Shown: piece after piece, positions 8,827-18,784 of the stretch
Layout of the letters: every line of letters begins with the position of its first letter
Numbering within the stretch: position 1 is the stretch's first letter
From: Patescibacteria group bacterium
GTDB taxonomy: Bacteria > Patescibacteriota > Saccharimonadia > UBA4664
Assembly: GCA_028288925.1 (NCBI GenBank)
Contig: JAQGHG010000003.1
Coordinates: forward strand, 30,500-94,499
Direction of reading: 5' to 3'
DNA length: 64,000 nucleotides
Notes under the pieces: generated by a model
Seen by the model: only the letters and a program-made list of their open reading frames with translations
Database searches by the model: none
What the model was told of the DNA's origin: nothing
Made by a program: the position numbers and the translations under genes

Positions 8827-9849
8827 TTAGCGTTCCTGCTTTAAGCGCTTAGCGTCTTCCTGCATAAACTTTGGAATATAGAATTTCTTCATATAGGGCT
8901 TCCACCACTCTGGGTTGCTCCGATACCATTCTATGGTCTGGCGCAAGCCTTCCTCAAAGGTAACACTTGGCTTGTATCCAAGCTCCCGGCTAAGCTTGCC
9001 GTAGTCTATGGCGTAGCGGCGGTCGTGGCCGGGGCGGTCAGTGACGAACTTCTTTAGCCCGGCCGGTTTACCAGTGACCTTGAGGATAGCGTCGGCAATC
9101 TCGATACCATTCTGTTCCTCGCCGCCACCGACACAGTAAGTCTCGCCTGTCTTACCTTCATGCAATATAAGGTCGATAGCGCGGCAGTGATCGAGCACGA
9201 ACAAATAATCTCGCACGCTCTTGCCATCACCATAAATAGTGAGCGGCCCATCGTTGAGCGCCATAAGCGCGAATACCGGAACAATGTTTTCCGGCACCTG
9301 GTGCGGACCGTAGTTGTTGGAGCAGTTGGAAATAGTAACGTCGAGCCCGTAAGTGTGGAAGTAGGAGCGTACCAGGTGATCGCTACTGGCCTTGGTGGCA
9401 GAGTAGGGGCTGCGCGGATCGTACGGCGTATCCTCATTGAACCGCTCATTACTACCGAGCTCAAGACTGCCGAACACCTCGTCGGTCGAGACATGGTGGA
9501 AGCGCTTCACCGAGAAGTCGCGCGAAAGCCGTAGTAGAATATTAGTCGCCAGCACATTGCTGCTCACGAAACTATCAGGATCTTCGATGGAGCGGTCGAC
9601 ATTCGTCTCGGCGGCAAAATGTACCACGTAGTCCAAGCCGGACTCAAAGATTGGCCGGAGCTTATCCTCTTCGACCAAATCAAATTGGTGGAACTCAATA
9701 TCATCAATTACTCCGTCTAAGTTGGCTTTATTGCCTTGCTGGTTGAGTTTATCGACGACAATTATTTCGTATTCGGGGTGATTTTTAGCGGTATAGTGAA
9801 CAAAGTTGGCCCCAATAAACCCTGCCCCACCGGTTATAAGCATCTTCAT
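8827..9849 (-). CDS. rmlB: dTDP-glucose 4,6-dehydratase
   Basis: TGGAGFIG, HVSTDEVFG, YSATKAS and DRPGHDRRY motifs. Confidence 0.97.
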   Translation of the reverse strand: MKMLITGGAGFIGANFVHYTAKNHPEYEIIVVDKLNQQGNKANLDGVIDDIEFHQFDLVEEDKLRPIFESGLDYVVHFAAETNVDRSIEDPDSFVSSNVLATNILLRLSRDFSVKRFHHVSTDEVFGSLELGSNERFNEDTPYDPRSPYSATKASSDHLVRSYFHTYGLDVTISNCSNNYGPHQVPENIVPVFALMALNDGPLTIYGDGKSVRDYLFVLDHCRAIDLILHEGKTGETYCVGGGEEQNGIEIADAILKVTGKPAGLKKFVTDRPGHDRRYAIDYGKLSRELGYKPSVTFEEGLRQTIEWYRSNPEWWKPYMKKFYIPKFMQEDAKRLKQER

Positions 9850-9889
9850 GGCTCCATGATACCAGATTTAAAAGTGCTAAAATGGCTGC

Positions 9890-10969
9890 ATGAAGATTAT
9901 AGTCACTACCGGCGGCCAAGGTACTAAACTATGGCCCTATTCCCGCGAACACCAGCCCAAGCAGTTCCAGCCCATTCTCGGCGACAAATCGCTCTTCACC
10001 TACACCATCGAGACGCTCCTCCAAGCCTTTACGGCCGAGGACATTTTTATCTCCACCAAGCGCAGATTCATTAAATACGTCTCCGAGCAAGCTCCTCAGA
10101 TTCCCCTCCGCAATTACATCATCGAGCCCGATATCGCCAAAGACCGCGGGCCCGGCGAAGGCCTGGCCTTTCTGCGGTTGAGCGTCCAGCACCCCGGCGA
10201 GCCGTTCTTCATCGTCCAGGTCGACTGCGTGCGCAAGCCCGAAGCCGCTTTCCTGGGCATGATCGAGCAAGCCGGCAAGATCGTCGCCAAGGACAAAAAG
10301 TTCATCACCGGCGGCATCAAGGCCACCGAGCCCAACATGGGCGTCGACTACCTCAAGCTCGGCGACCGCACCCACAGCGATTCCGGCCTACAGGTCTACA
10401 AAGTCGATGAGTTCGTCGGCCGCAAGGCCAGCTTCGCCGAGACCAAAGACCTCATCGAGAGCTTCCACATCGTCACCCACTGCAACCATTCCTGCTGGTA
10501 CCCCGACCTCATGCTCGATGCCTACCAGAAGTACCGGCCCGACTGGCATGAAGCTCTCCTGCGCATCCGCGATACCTTCGACAAGCCCGGTGAAGACGCC
10601 GAGATCGAAAAAATCTACGCTGCCATGGAAAAAGGCGCCACCGAAGAAGTCACCAAGCACGTCATGAAGGACGGCCACATCGTCCTGCTCGACTTCAAGT
10701 GGACCGACATCGGCACATGGGGCTCCGTCTACGACTTTTTCTCCGGCGACGAGAGCAATTACCAAGACGGGCGGGTTGTGACGGTCGACTCCTCCGGCCT
10801 GCTGGTCAAAACCAACAATCCCAACAAACTCGTCGCTGTCGCCGGTGTCGAAGACTTGATCATCGTCGACACCGATGATATTCTACTCGTCATCCCCAAG
10901 AATAAGATCGAGAAGATCAAAGATATTCAAAAGGCTCTGGCGCAAGACGAGAATAAGCGCTACCTGTAA
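9890..10969 (+). CDS. manC: Mannose-1-phosphate guanylyltransferase-like protein
   Basis: GGQGTKLWPYSR..PKQF and WTDIGTW motifs, with a C-terminal beta-helix (IIVDTDDILLV). Confidence 0.85.
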   Translation: MKIIVTTGGQGTKLWPYSREHQPKQFQPILGDKSLFTYTIETLLQAFTAEDIFISTKRRFIKYVSEQAPQIPLRNYIIEPDIAKDRGPGEGLAFLRLSVQHPGEPFFIVQVDCVRKPEAAFLGMIEQAGKIVAKDKKFITGGIKATEPNMGVDYLKLGDRTHSDSGLQVYKVDEFVGRKASFAETKDLIESFHIVTHCNHSCWYPDLMLDAYQKYRPDWHEALLRIRDTFDKPGEDAEIEKIYAAMEKGATEEVTKHVMKDGHIVLLDFKWTDIGTWGSVYDFFSGDESNYQDGRVVTVDSSGLLVKTNNPNKLVAVAGVEDLIIVDTDDILLVIPKNKIEKIKDIQKALAQDENKRYL

Positions 10970-10978
10970 GGAGGCCCT

Positions 10979-12805
10979 ATGTGCGGCATCATCGGATACA
11001 TCGGAAAAGATAAGGCGCTCCCCGTGCTCTTGGACGGCCTGCGCCGCATGGAATACCGTGGCTATGATTCGGCCGGCGTAGCGCTGTTGGATGAGGGCAA
11101 AACCACCGTAGTCAAGCGCCAAGGCAAAATCGTCAATCTCGCCGTCGCCCTCAAGGAGCACCCACCCGCCGGCCACCTCGGTATCGGCCACACCCGCTGG
11201 GCCACCCACGGTGTCCCCAACGAGCTCAACGCCCACCCGCATCAGGCCGGCCGTATTACCATCGTGCACAATGGCATCATCGAAAACTACGCCGAACTCA
11301 AGGCCGAACTCAAGGCCAAACACCATCGCACCTTCCTCAGCGACACCGACACCGAAGTGCTAGCCCACCTCATCGCCGTGGAGCGCGATACCACCAAATC
11401 CCTCGAAGCCGCCGTTTTGGCCGCCTTACTCCAAGTGGAAGGGACCTTTGGCGTCCTCGTACTCGACGACCAGGAGCCCGGCAAGCTCGTCGCCGCCCGC
11501 CGTGGCAGCCCATTACTACTCGGCATCTCCGCAGATGCTATCTACCTGGCCTCCGACGCCACCGCCGTCATCGGCCACACCGACCGCGTAGTGTACTTAG
11601 ACGACGACGAAATCGCCGTCTGCACTCCAGGCAAGTACGACATCATCGACTTCGAAGCCCAAGCCAGACAGCACGAAGAGCACAAGATCGAGCTCGAGCT
11701 GGGTGCCATCGAGAAGGCCGGCTACGACCACTTCCTCCTCAAAGAAATCATGGAACAGCCCCGCACCATCGCCGATATCCTGCGTGGCCGCCTGGACCTT
11801 GAGGCCGGGACCAGTCGCCTCGGGGGCTTAAGCGACCCTCAGATCTACCACGACATCACCCGCTTTCTTACCATCGGCTGCGGCACTGCCTACTACGCCG
11901 GTCTCCTGGGCCAATATCTGCTCGAGCGCCTCACCGGCTTGCCGGTCGACATCGAGTTCGCTTCCGAATTCCGCTACCGCGAGCCAATTGTCGACGGCCG
12001 CGCCCTTGGCCTCATCATCACCCAGTCCGGCGAGACCGCCGACACCCTGGCCTCCCTGCGCGAGCTCAAACGCCGCGACATCCGCACCTTCGGCCTCGTC
12101 AACGTCATCGGTTCCAGCGTGGCGCGCGAAGTCGACGGGGGAATGTACCTCCACGCCGGCCCAGAGATCTCGGTGGCCTCCACCAAGGCCTTCACCGCGC
12201 AAGTCATCGGCCACCTCCTAGTCGGTCTCCAGATCGGCCGCGGCCGCCAGCTTCCCATCACCGAAGGCCAAGCCGTCGTTAAAGCCCTCCAGGCCCTGCC
12301 CGCCCAGGTGCAGTCCATCCTCGACCAGCGCGTTCATATCCAAAAGCTCGCCAAAAAATTCGCTCGCCACAAAAACGTCATGTATCTCGGCCGCGACACC
12401 CTCTACCCTGTCGCCCTCGAAGCCGCCCTCAAGCTCAAAGAAATTTCCTACATCCACGCCGAAGCCTATGCCTCAGGCGAGATGAAGCACGGCCCCGTCG
12501 CCCTCATCGACCCAGATCTGCTCGTAATTTTCTTTAACCCCAAAAACAGCCTCTACGACAAAACCCGCTCCAATCTCGAAGAAGTCCGGGCTCGCGGCGG
12601 CCGCCTACTCCTGGTGGGCACCGAAGGCGACGAATCGCTCAAAGCCTTTTCCGAAGACATCATCTACATCCCCGACAGCTCCCCTTATACTCAGCCCATC
12701 CTAGCCAATATCCCCATGCAGCTTTTCGCCTACTACGTAGCGGTCGAGCGGGGGACCGATGTCGATCAACCGCGCAACCTCGCCAAGTCTGTCACGGTCG
12801 AATAA
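10979..12805 (+). CDS. glmS: Glutamine-fructose-6-phosphate transaminase
   Basis: MCGIIG, EYRGYDSAG, GHTRWATHG and PRNLAKSVTVE motifs. Confidence 0.98.
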   Translation: MCGIIGYIGKDKALPVLLDGLRRMEYRGYDSAGVALLDEGKTTVVKRQGKIVNLAVALKEHPPAGHLGIGHTRWATHGVPNELNAHPHQAGRITIVHNGIIENYAELKAELKAKHHRTFLSDTDTEVLAHLIAVERDTTKSLEAAVLAALLQVEGTFGVLVLDDQEPGKLVAARRGSPLLLGISADAIYLASDATAVIGHTDRVVYLDDDEIAVCTPGKYDIIDFEAQARQHEEHKIELELGAIEKAGYDHFLLKEIMEQPRTIADILRGRLDLEAGTSRLGGLSDPQIYHDITRFLTIGCGTAYYAGLLGQYLLERLTGLPVDIEFASEFRYREPIVDGRALGLIITQSGETADTLASLRELKRRDIRTFGLVNVIGSSVAREVDGGMYLHAGPEISVASTKAFTAQVIGHLLVGLQIGRGRQLPITEGQAVVKALQALPAQVQSILDQRVHIQKLAKKFARHKNVMYLGRDTLYPVALEAALKLKEISYIHAEAYASGEMKHGPVALIDPDLLVIFFNPKNSLYDKTRSNLEEVRARGGRLLLVGTEGDESLKAFSEDIIYIPDSSPYTQPILANIPMQLFAYYVAVERGTDVDQPRNLAKSVTVE

Positions 12806-12935
12806 TCCATCGCTGTCATCCCGGGCCGCTCTTTACAAAAAGTCTTCATGCTCGTGCTTGCCTTTCGTTTTTTGTTCGCTTATCTTAGAAATTGTTGAGA
12901 GAGAGCCAAGAAAAACGAACGGAAGGAGCGTCACG

Positions 12936-15236
12936 GTGAGGCAGAAGAAGATTCGAACGATCATGGGTGTGGGACTGATTTTAGTAGGGATCGCGGCCTC
13001 GGCGCCAGGGACATCCAAGGCGATCGCGGCCCCTAGCGTGCAAATAATCGCGGGGACCGGCGTCGACGGCTTTAGCGGCGATGGTGGCCCAGCCGCGTCA
13101 GCTCAATTGTTCGCTCCCGCGGCGGTATCCACCGACGCTGCGGGCAATGTATACGTCATGGACCGTGGCAACCGCCGCGTCCGCCAGATCGATACGCAGA
13201 ACAAAATGCACACAGCCGTTGGAGACGGCAGCTCTTGTGGAAACGTCACCGACCCCGCTCTACCCCTCACGGGCATGTGTCCGGTCGGAGGATTAGCACT
13301 CGCTCCCGATGGTAGCAGTTACTTTAGTCAAAACGGCGCCATAGTCCGTGTTGCTCCGGACGGTCTCATGTACCACTACGCCGGAAAATACACCGGCTTC
13401 TTTGGTCCGTATGACGACGGTCCCAAATATGGCGTGAGTTTCAGCCCTACGGCCGTTGCCTACGACGATACTACCGGGAACGTGCTGTTTGCTGAGCAGC
13501 GGGCAATCCGGGCGGTCACTCCGGCCGGCCAAATCGTGACTGTCGCCGGTAAGATCACTCCCGGCGACAGTGGCGCCTGTAATAGCCCGTCAGATGATGT
13601 CACTCCGGCACTTGGATCCTGCTTCTACCCCCGGGGCCTGGCCGCGAAGAACGGCAAAATTTACTTTACTGAGCAGAGTTCTTGGAACGGACCGCGAGCT
13701 CGGGTCATCGACGGTGGCACGGTACGCACAATAGCCGGCAATGGTAGCCGGATCGATCCAGCAGATGGCGCCGCGGCCACGGCCTCCGGCTTCTCCGATA
13801 TGGGCGGGATCGCCGTGGACAATACCGGCAACGTCTACCTGAGCGGCCTATCCCGGGGCCAGGTCTGGAAAGTTTCGGCCGCCGATCAGACCATCACCAA
13901 GGTCACCGAATTCGAAGGCGGCGCTGGATGGCTCGCGACCGACGCGGGTGGCAACCTCTACGTCAGCCTCCAATATAAGCACTCCATAGCCAAGATAAGC
14001 GGCTTACAGCCGCCCAAACCACTACCCATGATCGCTGATATAGCCCCCGACGCGCCATCTTCGCAGGATCCATTACTGACTCGTGGCGTCACCATCACCC
14101 CCTCAGACAACGGCGTCCCGTCCAGCCACTTCGAGTACGGCTGGGCCTCGAGTTCCACGGCCACTGAGCCTTCCGCGCCCCTGCAGCGCTCAGACACCAC
14201 CCAGGCACGTCTTCGCTATCACGACACCACGCCGGACCAAGATTGGTACCTCCTGGCCCGCGGCTTCAACGCCGCTGGCGAGGCCGGCCCTTGGTCCACG
14301 CCCCACCTCGTTCATACGCCCAAAGCCCCCAGTCTTATCATCCTAGGCGACTCCATCTCCTCCGGCCACCACAACGGCTACGGCGACAATGGCAAAACCA
14401 AATGCGACGATGAAAACTACGGTTATGCTTTTGAATTCTCCAACAAATGGCGGGCCGAGTTGCCTGTGGCTTGGCGGCAAAGCGGGAACTATCATAATTT
14501 CGCTCATAGTGGCTTCGCGACTCAAAAACGAGCAAATTTGAACATTAAAGGATCTGTTATTGACGGCGGAACAAACGCCTGCCAAGAAGGAGTTATAACT
14601 AAGCCCTTAGCGGACGCCAAAGACATATTAGGTGGTAGCGATTCCTGGAACCGTATCGTCATCTCCGCCGGCATCGACGATACGAACTGGGACAGCGCGG
14701 TAAGACAAGTCATTGGCGTGCAGGTTGCCAGCGATATCGCGAGTCAATTCATCACCTCGTTTCTTCACCTCCCTGGCGTGAACATCAGCCCTATGAAGGA
14801 AGATGCCTGCCGGGCGCTCATCAAAGGGGCTTGGAACGGCCGTACTGCTTCGGTCCAAAGCAGTATCACGAGTGGGGCAAGTCAAATCACCTCCGGCTTA
14901 CATTCAACCGACCCGACTGCCAAGATCACCTGGCTCGGATACTACAATATCGCTGGTACCGGTACGAACGAGCTTCGGTCGACCCCTTACTTCCCGGAAG
15001 GTTGTAGTAACCCGGTCAGCGAGTCGATGGTCGTAGTACACAATGCCATACGATCCGGCTTGCCGGCGGATGTGCACTTTGTTTCCGCTGACCCTGTCAT
15101 GCATCAGGACAACAGCAAGATTCAACCGCTATACCTCGGCCAGGCGATCGCTAATGGCAACGGTCCCAACCCGGCGGGCTGGCCCCACCCGAATCGCGAT
15201 GGTGCACAGGCAATCGCTACACTCCTCATACCATAG
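12936..15236 (+). CDS. Secreted NHL-repeat beta-propeller + Ig/Fn3-like domain + SGNH/GDSL hydrolase
   Basis: GGAAGGAG precedes GTG 12936. Signal peptide, then GFSGDGGPAASAQL and GIAVDNTGNVY NHL repeats, then ILGDSISSG ... WPHPN. Confidence 0.75.
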   Translation: MRQKKIRTIMGVGLILVGIAASAPGTSKAIAAPSVQIIAGTGVDGFSGDGGPAASAQLFAPAAVSTDAAGNVYVMDRGNRRVRQIDTQNKMHTAVGDGSSCGNVTDPALPLTGMCPVGGLALAPDGSSYFSQNGAIVRVAPDGLMYHYAGKYTGFFGPYDDGPKYGVSFSPTAVAYDDTTGNVLFAEQRAIRAVTPAGQIVTVAGKITPGDSGACNSPSDDVTPALGSCFYPRGLAAKNGKIYFTEQSSWNGPRARVIDGGTVRTIAGNGSRIDPADGAAATASGFSDMGGIAVDNTGNVYLSGLSRGQVWKVSAADQTITKVTEFEGGAGWLATDAGGNLYVSLQYKHSIAKISGLQPPKPLPMIADIAPDAPSSQDPLLTRGVTITPSDNGVPSSHFEYGWASSSTATEPSAPLQRSDTTQARLRYHDTTPDQDWYLLARGFNAAGEAGPWSTPHLVHTPKAPSLIILGDSISSGHHNGYGDNGKTKCDDENYGYAFEFSNKWRAELPVAWRQSGNYHNFAHSGFATQKRANLNIKGSVIDGGTNACQEGVITKPLADAKDILGGSDSWNRIVISAGIDDTNWDSAVRQVIGVQVASDIASQFITSFLHLPGVNISPMKEDACRALIKGAWNGRTASVQSSITSGASQITSGLHSTDPTAKITWLGYYNIAGTGTNELRSTPYFPEGCSNPVSESMVVVHNAIRSGLPADVHFVSADPVMHQDNSKIQPLYLGQAIANGNGPNPAGWPHPNRDGAQAIATLLIP

Positions 15237-15290
15237 CCTTATTGTGACGTCCTTACAGGCATGCAATAATTGCTCTAACAAGAGGATCCT

Positions 15291-15854
15291 ATGGCAGACA
15301 AACCAATGACCCATCTCTGGAAAAAATGGCCGGTACTCATCCTGGCTGCCGTCATAGCCCTGGTGCTGGGGGTAACAACCTGGGCCAATCTGAGCCTAGA
15401 GAGCGCCCAATACACCTACGCATCCCAGACAGCCTACGTGTATCGGTATGAGCTCACGCAGACTCCCGGCAAATCGATATCAGGAAGAACTACTGTTTAC
15501 CGCTTCAGGATCTCTGAAGATGGTAAGCCGGTGAGCAACCACAAAGTAAAGGTTGGTGTCTCTCATGCATATGGCATCGGAGTGCAAGATCGTAATGGTG
15601 ATGTATATGAGCGGGAATCAGTGACTGACGCTAACGGTTTTGTGGAGGTGACACACGCACCTAAGTTCTGGTCATTATTGGCTGACAAAGGGTTTGGGGT
15701 GTATGCCGCGCCACTGTTAACTCCGGCTGAGGCGGAGATTAGAAGACAAAAACTAGTATCTGGTGACCTTAAAAACAGTGATATTAATTGGGCGTCCACC
15801 TTTAGCATCCCCGCCATCTACCCCCGCTGGCTCAGCTGGTTCATCTGGCGATAA
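15291..15854 (+). CDS. Membrane-anchored hypothetical protein with Ig-like exterior domain
   Basis: N-terminal TM helix, a VTDANG motif, and lower GC than its neighbours. Confidence 0.6.
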   Translation: MADKPMTHLWKKWPVLILAAVIALVLGVTTWANLSLESAQYTYASQTAYVYRYELTQTPGKSISGRTTVYRFRISEDGKPVSNHKVKVGVSHAYGIGVQDRNGDVYERESVTDANGFVEVTHAPKFWSLLADKGFGVYAAPLLTPAEAEIRRQKLVSGDLKNSDINWASTFSIPAIYPRWLSWFIWR

Positions 15855-15963
15855 ATCAAACATGAGGGAGCCACCCACGCAGTACCATTTTATGTAGATA
15901 ATCTACGCAAAACGGCTGCCTCTATCCCCGCAAACCCCACATCTTATGCCATAATAGCCATAC

Positions 15964-17883
15964 ATGGCCAAACGCAAAGCCCCATCAGTTAAAACCCTGG
16001 ATCTTCGGATTAAGCCCACGAGCGCACCCGCGCCCAAGCCTCAGCCCGACCCTACCCCCGTACCCGAGGAAGACGCCCAAGATATCCTCGAGCTTGAGGA
16101 TTTTCAGGATGACCCACACAACCCGGATTCCGGCCAGCACGCTGCCGTGGCCACCTGGCATCGCGCACCGTTTTGGGCCCGGGCTCTCGGCAGTCTCGTC
16201 GTATTTGCCGTGCTAGCGGTTGCTAGCTTCGAGCTCGTCTATGCCGGCAAGGTCTTCCCTGGTGTCACGGCCAACGGCGCCGACCTCGGCGGCCACTCGC
16301 TCAAAGGCTCCCAAGCCTTGCTCGAAGACAAAGCCACTCAATTCAACCAACAAGTCATCACCATTACGGACGGCGACACCAATCTTCGCATCCCCGTGAT
16401 CAGCCTAGCGCCGCAGTATGGCGCCGCCCGCGCCGCCCAGCTCGCCTACCATTACGGCCGGGAGGGGAGCCTGACTAACCGCGCGCGCCAGCAACTTCGG
16501 GCGCTGTTGGGCCGTGCCACCAATTTCTCGGTGTACAGCTATAATGACGCCCGCCTCATTCCCTACGTGGTGGGCCTCGACGACGACCTCATTACGCCCG
16601 TCCAGAACGCCTCCCTCAACTTTAATGACAGCCACGCCCAAGTCACCCCAGCCCAAACCGGCACGCGTCTGGACCTCGGTCGCCTCACCCAGCTCGTCAA
16701 CGAACGTCTCGCGCAGACCTCGGTCGAGCCTATCCACGCGCCGGTGTACCAGCTCCAGCCCGACCTCGGCACCGAGCCCCTTCAGGCCGCCGTCCGTCAG
16801 ATCGACGGCTACGTCTCGGGCCCCATCCCCCTCACCTACAACGGGATTGAGCGGCAAATCGACCAAAAAACCATCATCTCTTGGATCCAAGTCGGCGCCA
16901 AGCTCAACAAACCATTCCTCCAAACCCTCAAGTTGGACGATCTCTACCCGCCGTCCGCCGCCGCCGATCTCGGCTTGAGCAACGCCGCGGTCCAGGCCTA
17001 TGTGGCCGACCTCGCCAGGGGTATCGACCAGACCGCCCAGAACGCCGGCCTCGCTATGCAGGACGGCCATTTGGCCGTAGTCCAACCCAGCCGCACCGGC
17101 GCCAAGCTCGATCAGCCGGCCGCGGTCACAGCCATTCTGGCCGCCCTCAAGCAGCCCAGCAACCAACGCACCACCACCCTCAAGCTCGCCACTACCGCCG
17201 CCGAAGTCAACGAAAACAACCTCGAAAGCCTCGGCATCAAAGAGCAAATATCCGAGGGCGAGACCTATTTCCCCGGCTCGCCCAGCACCCGTCTCACCAA
17301 CGTCCGCGCCGGCGCCAACCGGTTCAACGGCGTATTGCTCAAGCCCGGCGAAGTCTTCTCGTTTGGCAAGCTGCTCGGCGCCGTCGGCCCCGAGACCGGC
17401 TATGTGCCCGAGCTCGTCATATTGGGCGACCATGAGGAGAAACAGTACGGCGGCGGCCTCTGCCAAGTCAGCTCCACGGCCTTCCGCGCCGCCCTGGCCG
17501 CCGGCCTGCCCATCCTGGAGCGTGTCAACCACGCCTTCGCCATTAGTTACTACACCTGGCCCTACAGCGCGCCCGGCGTCGACGCCACCATCTATTACCC
17601 CGCCGTCGACTTCAAATTCAAAAACGACACCGGCAGCTATATCTTGATGCAGACCATCATGAAGGGCACCGATCTCAAGTTCGAATTCTTCGGCACCAAG
17701 ACCAAAACCGGCGTACTCCGTGGACCGGACTTCGTCACCGGCAACAGCGATCCCACCCAGCCCTCGCACACCGTCTTCTATCGTGACGTCCTCGATCTGA
17801 CCGGAGCCGTTACCAAGACCGACACGTTCAACACCTACTACAAGTCCAGCAAAGACTTTCCCATCACCAAGCAGTTCAATTAA
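15964..17883 (+). CDS. VanW family protein with peptidoglycan-binding (YoaR-like) domains
   Basis: One TM helix, then LKPGEVFSF, GGGLCQVSST, ERVNH and GVDATIY motifs. Confidence 0.9.
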   Translation: MAKRKAPSVKTLDLRIKPTSAPAPKPQPDPTPVPEEDAQDILELEDFQDDPHNPDSGQHAAVATWHRAPFWARALGSLVVFAVLAVASFELVYAGKVFPGVTANGADLGGHSLKGSQALLEDKATQFNQQVITITDGDTNLRIPVISLAPQYGAARAAQLAYHYGREGSLTNRARQQLRALLGRATNFSVYSYNDARLIPYVVGLDDDLITPVQNASLNFNDSHAQVTPAQTGTRLDLGRLTQLVNERLAQTSVEPIHAPVYQLQPDLGTEPLQAAVRQIDGYVSGPIPLTYNGIERQIDQKTIISWIQVGAKLNKPFLQTLKLDDLYPPSAAADLGLSNAAVQAYVADLARGIDQTAQNAGLAMQDGHLAVVQPSRTGAKLDQPAAVTAILAALKQPSNQRTTTLKLATTAAEVNENNLESLGIKEQISEGETYFPGSPSTRLTNVRAGANRFNGVLLKPGEVFSFGKLLGAVGPETGYVPELVILGDHEEKQYGGGLCQVSSTAFRAALAAGLPILERVNHAFAISYYTWPYSAPGVDATIYYPAVDFKFKNDTGSYILMQTIMKGTDLKFEFFGTKTKTGVLRGPDFVTGNSDPTQPSHTVFYRDVLDLTGAVTKTDTFNTYYKSSKDFPITKQFN

Positions 17884-17888
17884 TATTG

Positions 17889-17917
17889 TTGACACTTCGG
17901 GTTTTGTTCGGTAAACT
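17889..17917 (+). promoter_or_regulatory. lexA promoter with candidate LexA box TTCGG-N6-TTCGG in the spacer
   Basis: TTGACA-17 nt-TAAACT. TTCGG occurs at 17896 and 17907. Confidence 0.7.
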
Positions 17918-17948
17918 GTGGATAAAGTAAATCTAGAGGGTTAACAAT

Positions 17949-18569
17949 ATGGCAGAGCCACTTACCAAACGTCAGAAAGAAGTCCTAAATTTCGTCACCC
18001 AATATCTCGAGCTCAACGGCTACGCGCCAAGCTACCGCGAGATCGCCGCGCACTTTAAATACGGCTCGGTAGCCACGGTCGCTGAGCACATCGAATCGCT
18101 CGTCGCCAAAGGCATGCTCCAAAAAGGCGACAATGAAGCCCGGTCTATCCAGCTCGTCCGAGCCGAGGATGTAGATGCCACCCCCAGCATCAGTCTCCCC
18201 ATCCTGGGGCTAGTCGCGGCCGGACAGCCCATCGAGACCCTGGGCCGGCACACCGAGACGCTCGAAGTTCCGCCCTTTATGGTCGGGCGCCGCAACTCTT
18301 ATGTGCTTCAAGTCAAAGGCGACTCCATGATCGACGAAGGCATCCATACGGGCGACTATGTGGTAGTCACCGAGAAGTCGGTTCCTTCTAATGGCGAGAT
18401 GGTCATCGCGCTTATCAACGGCGGCGAAGCCACCCTCAAGCGCTATTACAAAGAAAAAGGCCACATCCGCTTGCAGCCCTCCAATTCTGCCATGGAGCCC
18501 ATCATTATTGAGGCCGGTACCCCGATCGAGATCCAAGGCATCGTCATCGGCCTCATTCGGAAATACTAG
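17949..18569 (+). CDS. lexA: SOS repressor LexA
   Basis: LTKRQ, PSYREIA wHTH, VAAG cleavage site, GDSM and TLKR. Confidence 0.97.
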   Translation: MAEPLTKRQKEVLNFVTQYLELNGYAPSYREIAAHFKYGSVATVAEHIESLVAKGMLQKGDNEARSIQLVRAEDVDATPSISLPILGLVAAGQPIETLGRHTETLEVPPFMVGRRNSYVLQVKGDSMIDEGIHTGDYVVVTEKSVPSNGEMVIALINGGEATLKRYYKEKGHIRLQPSNSAMEPIIIEAGTPIEIQGIVIGLIRKY

Positions 18570-18577
18570 GCAAAACG

Positions 18578-18784
18578 ATGGCATACTCTCCGATCACTTT
18601 TGAATGCCAAATGTACGTCTCGCCCCGAGGTCTCATGGCGTTCCGCCTGCCATCCGAGTCTGGCCCAAAACGCGTCGCCCGCTTCCGTACTCTCGAGTAC
18701 GACGAGCTCATCAATCCAGACTTCCGCCGTCTGCTGGCGACCTTCGAATCCCTTCCCCAGCCGCTCCAAACTGTGCAGGTCTAA
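18578..18784 (+). CDS. Small hypothetical protein downstream of lexA
   Basis: ATG 9 nt after the lexA stop, with native codon style. Confidence 0.4.
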   Translation: MAYSPITFECQMYVSPRGLMAFRLPSESGPKRVARFRTLEYDELINPDFRRLLATFESLPQPLQTVQV

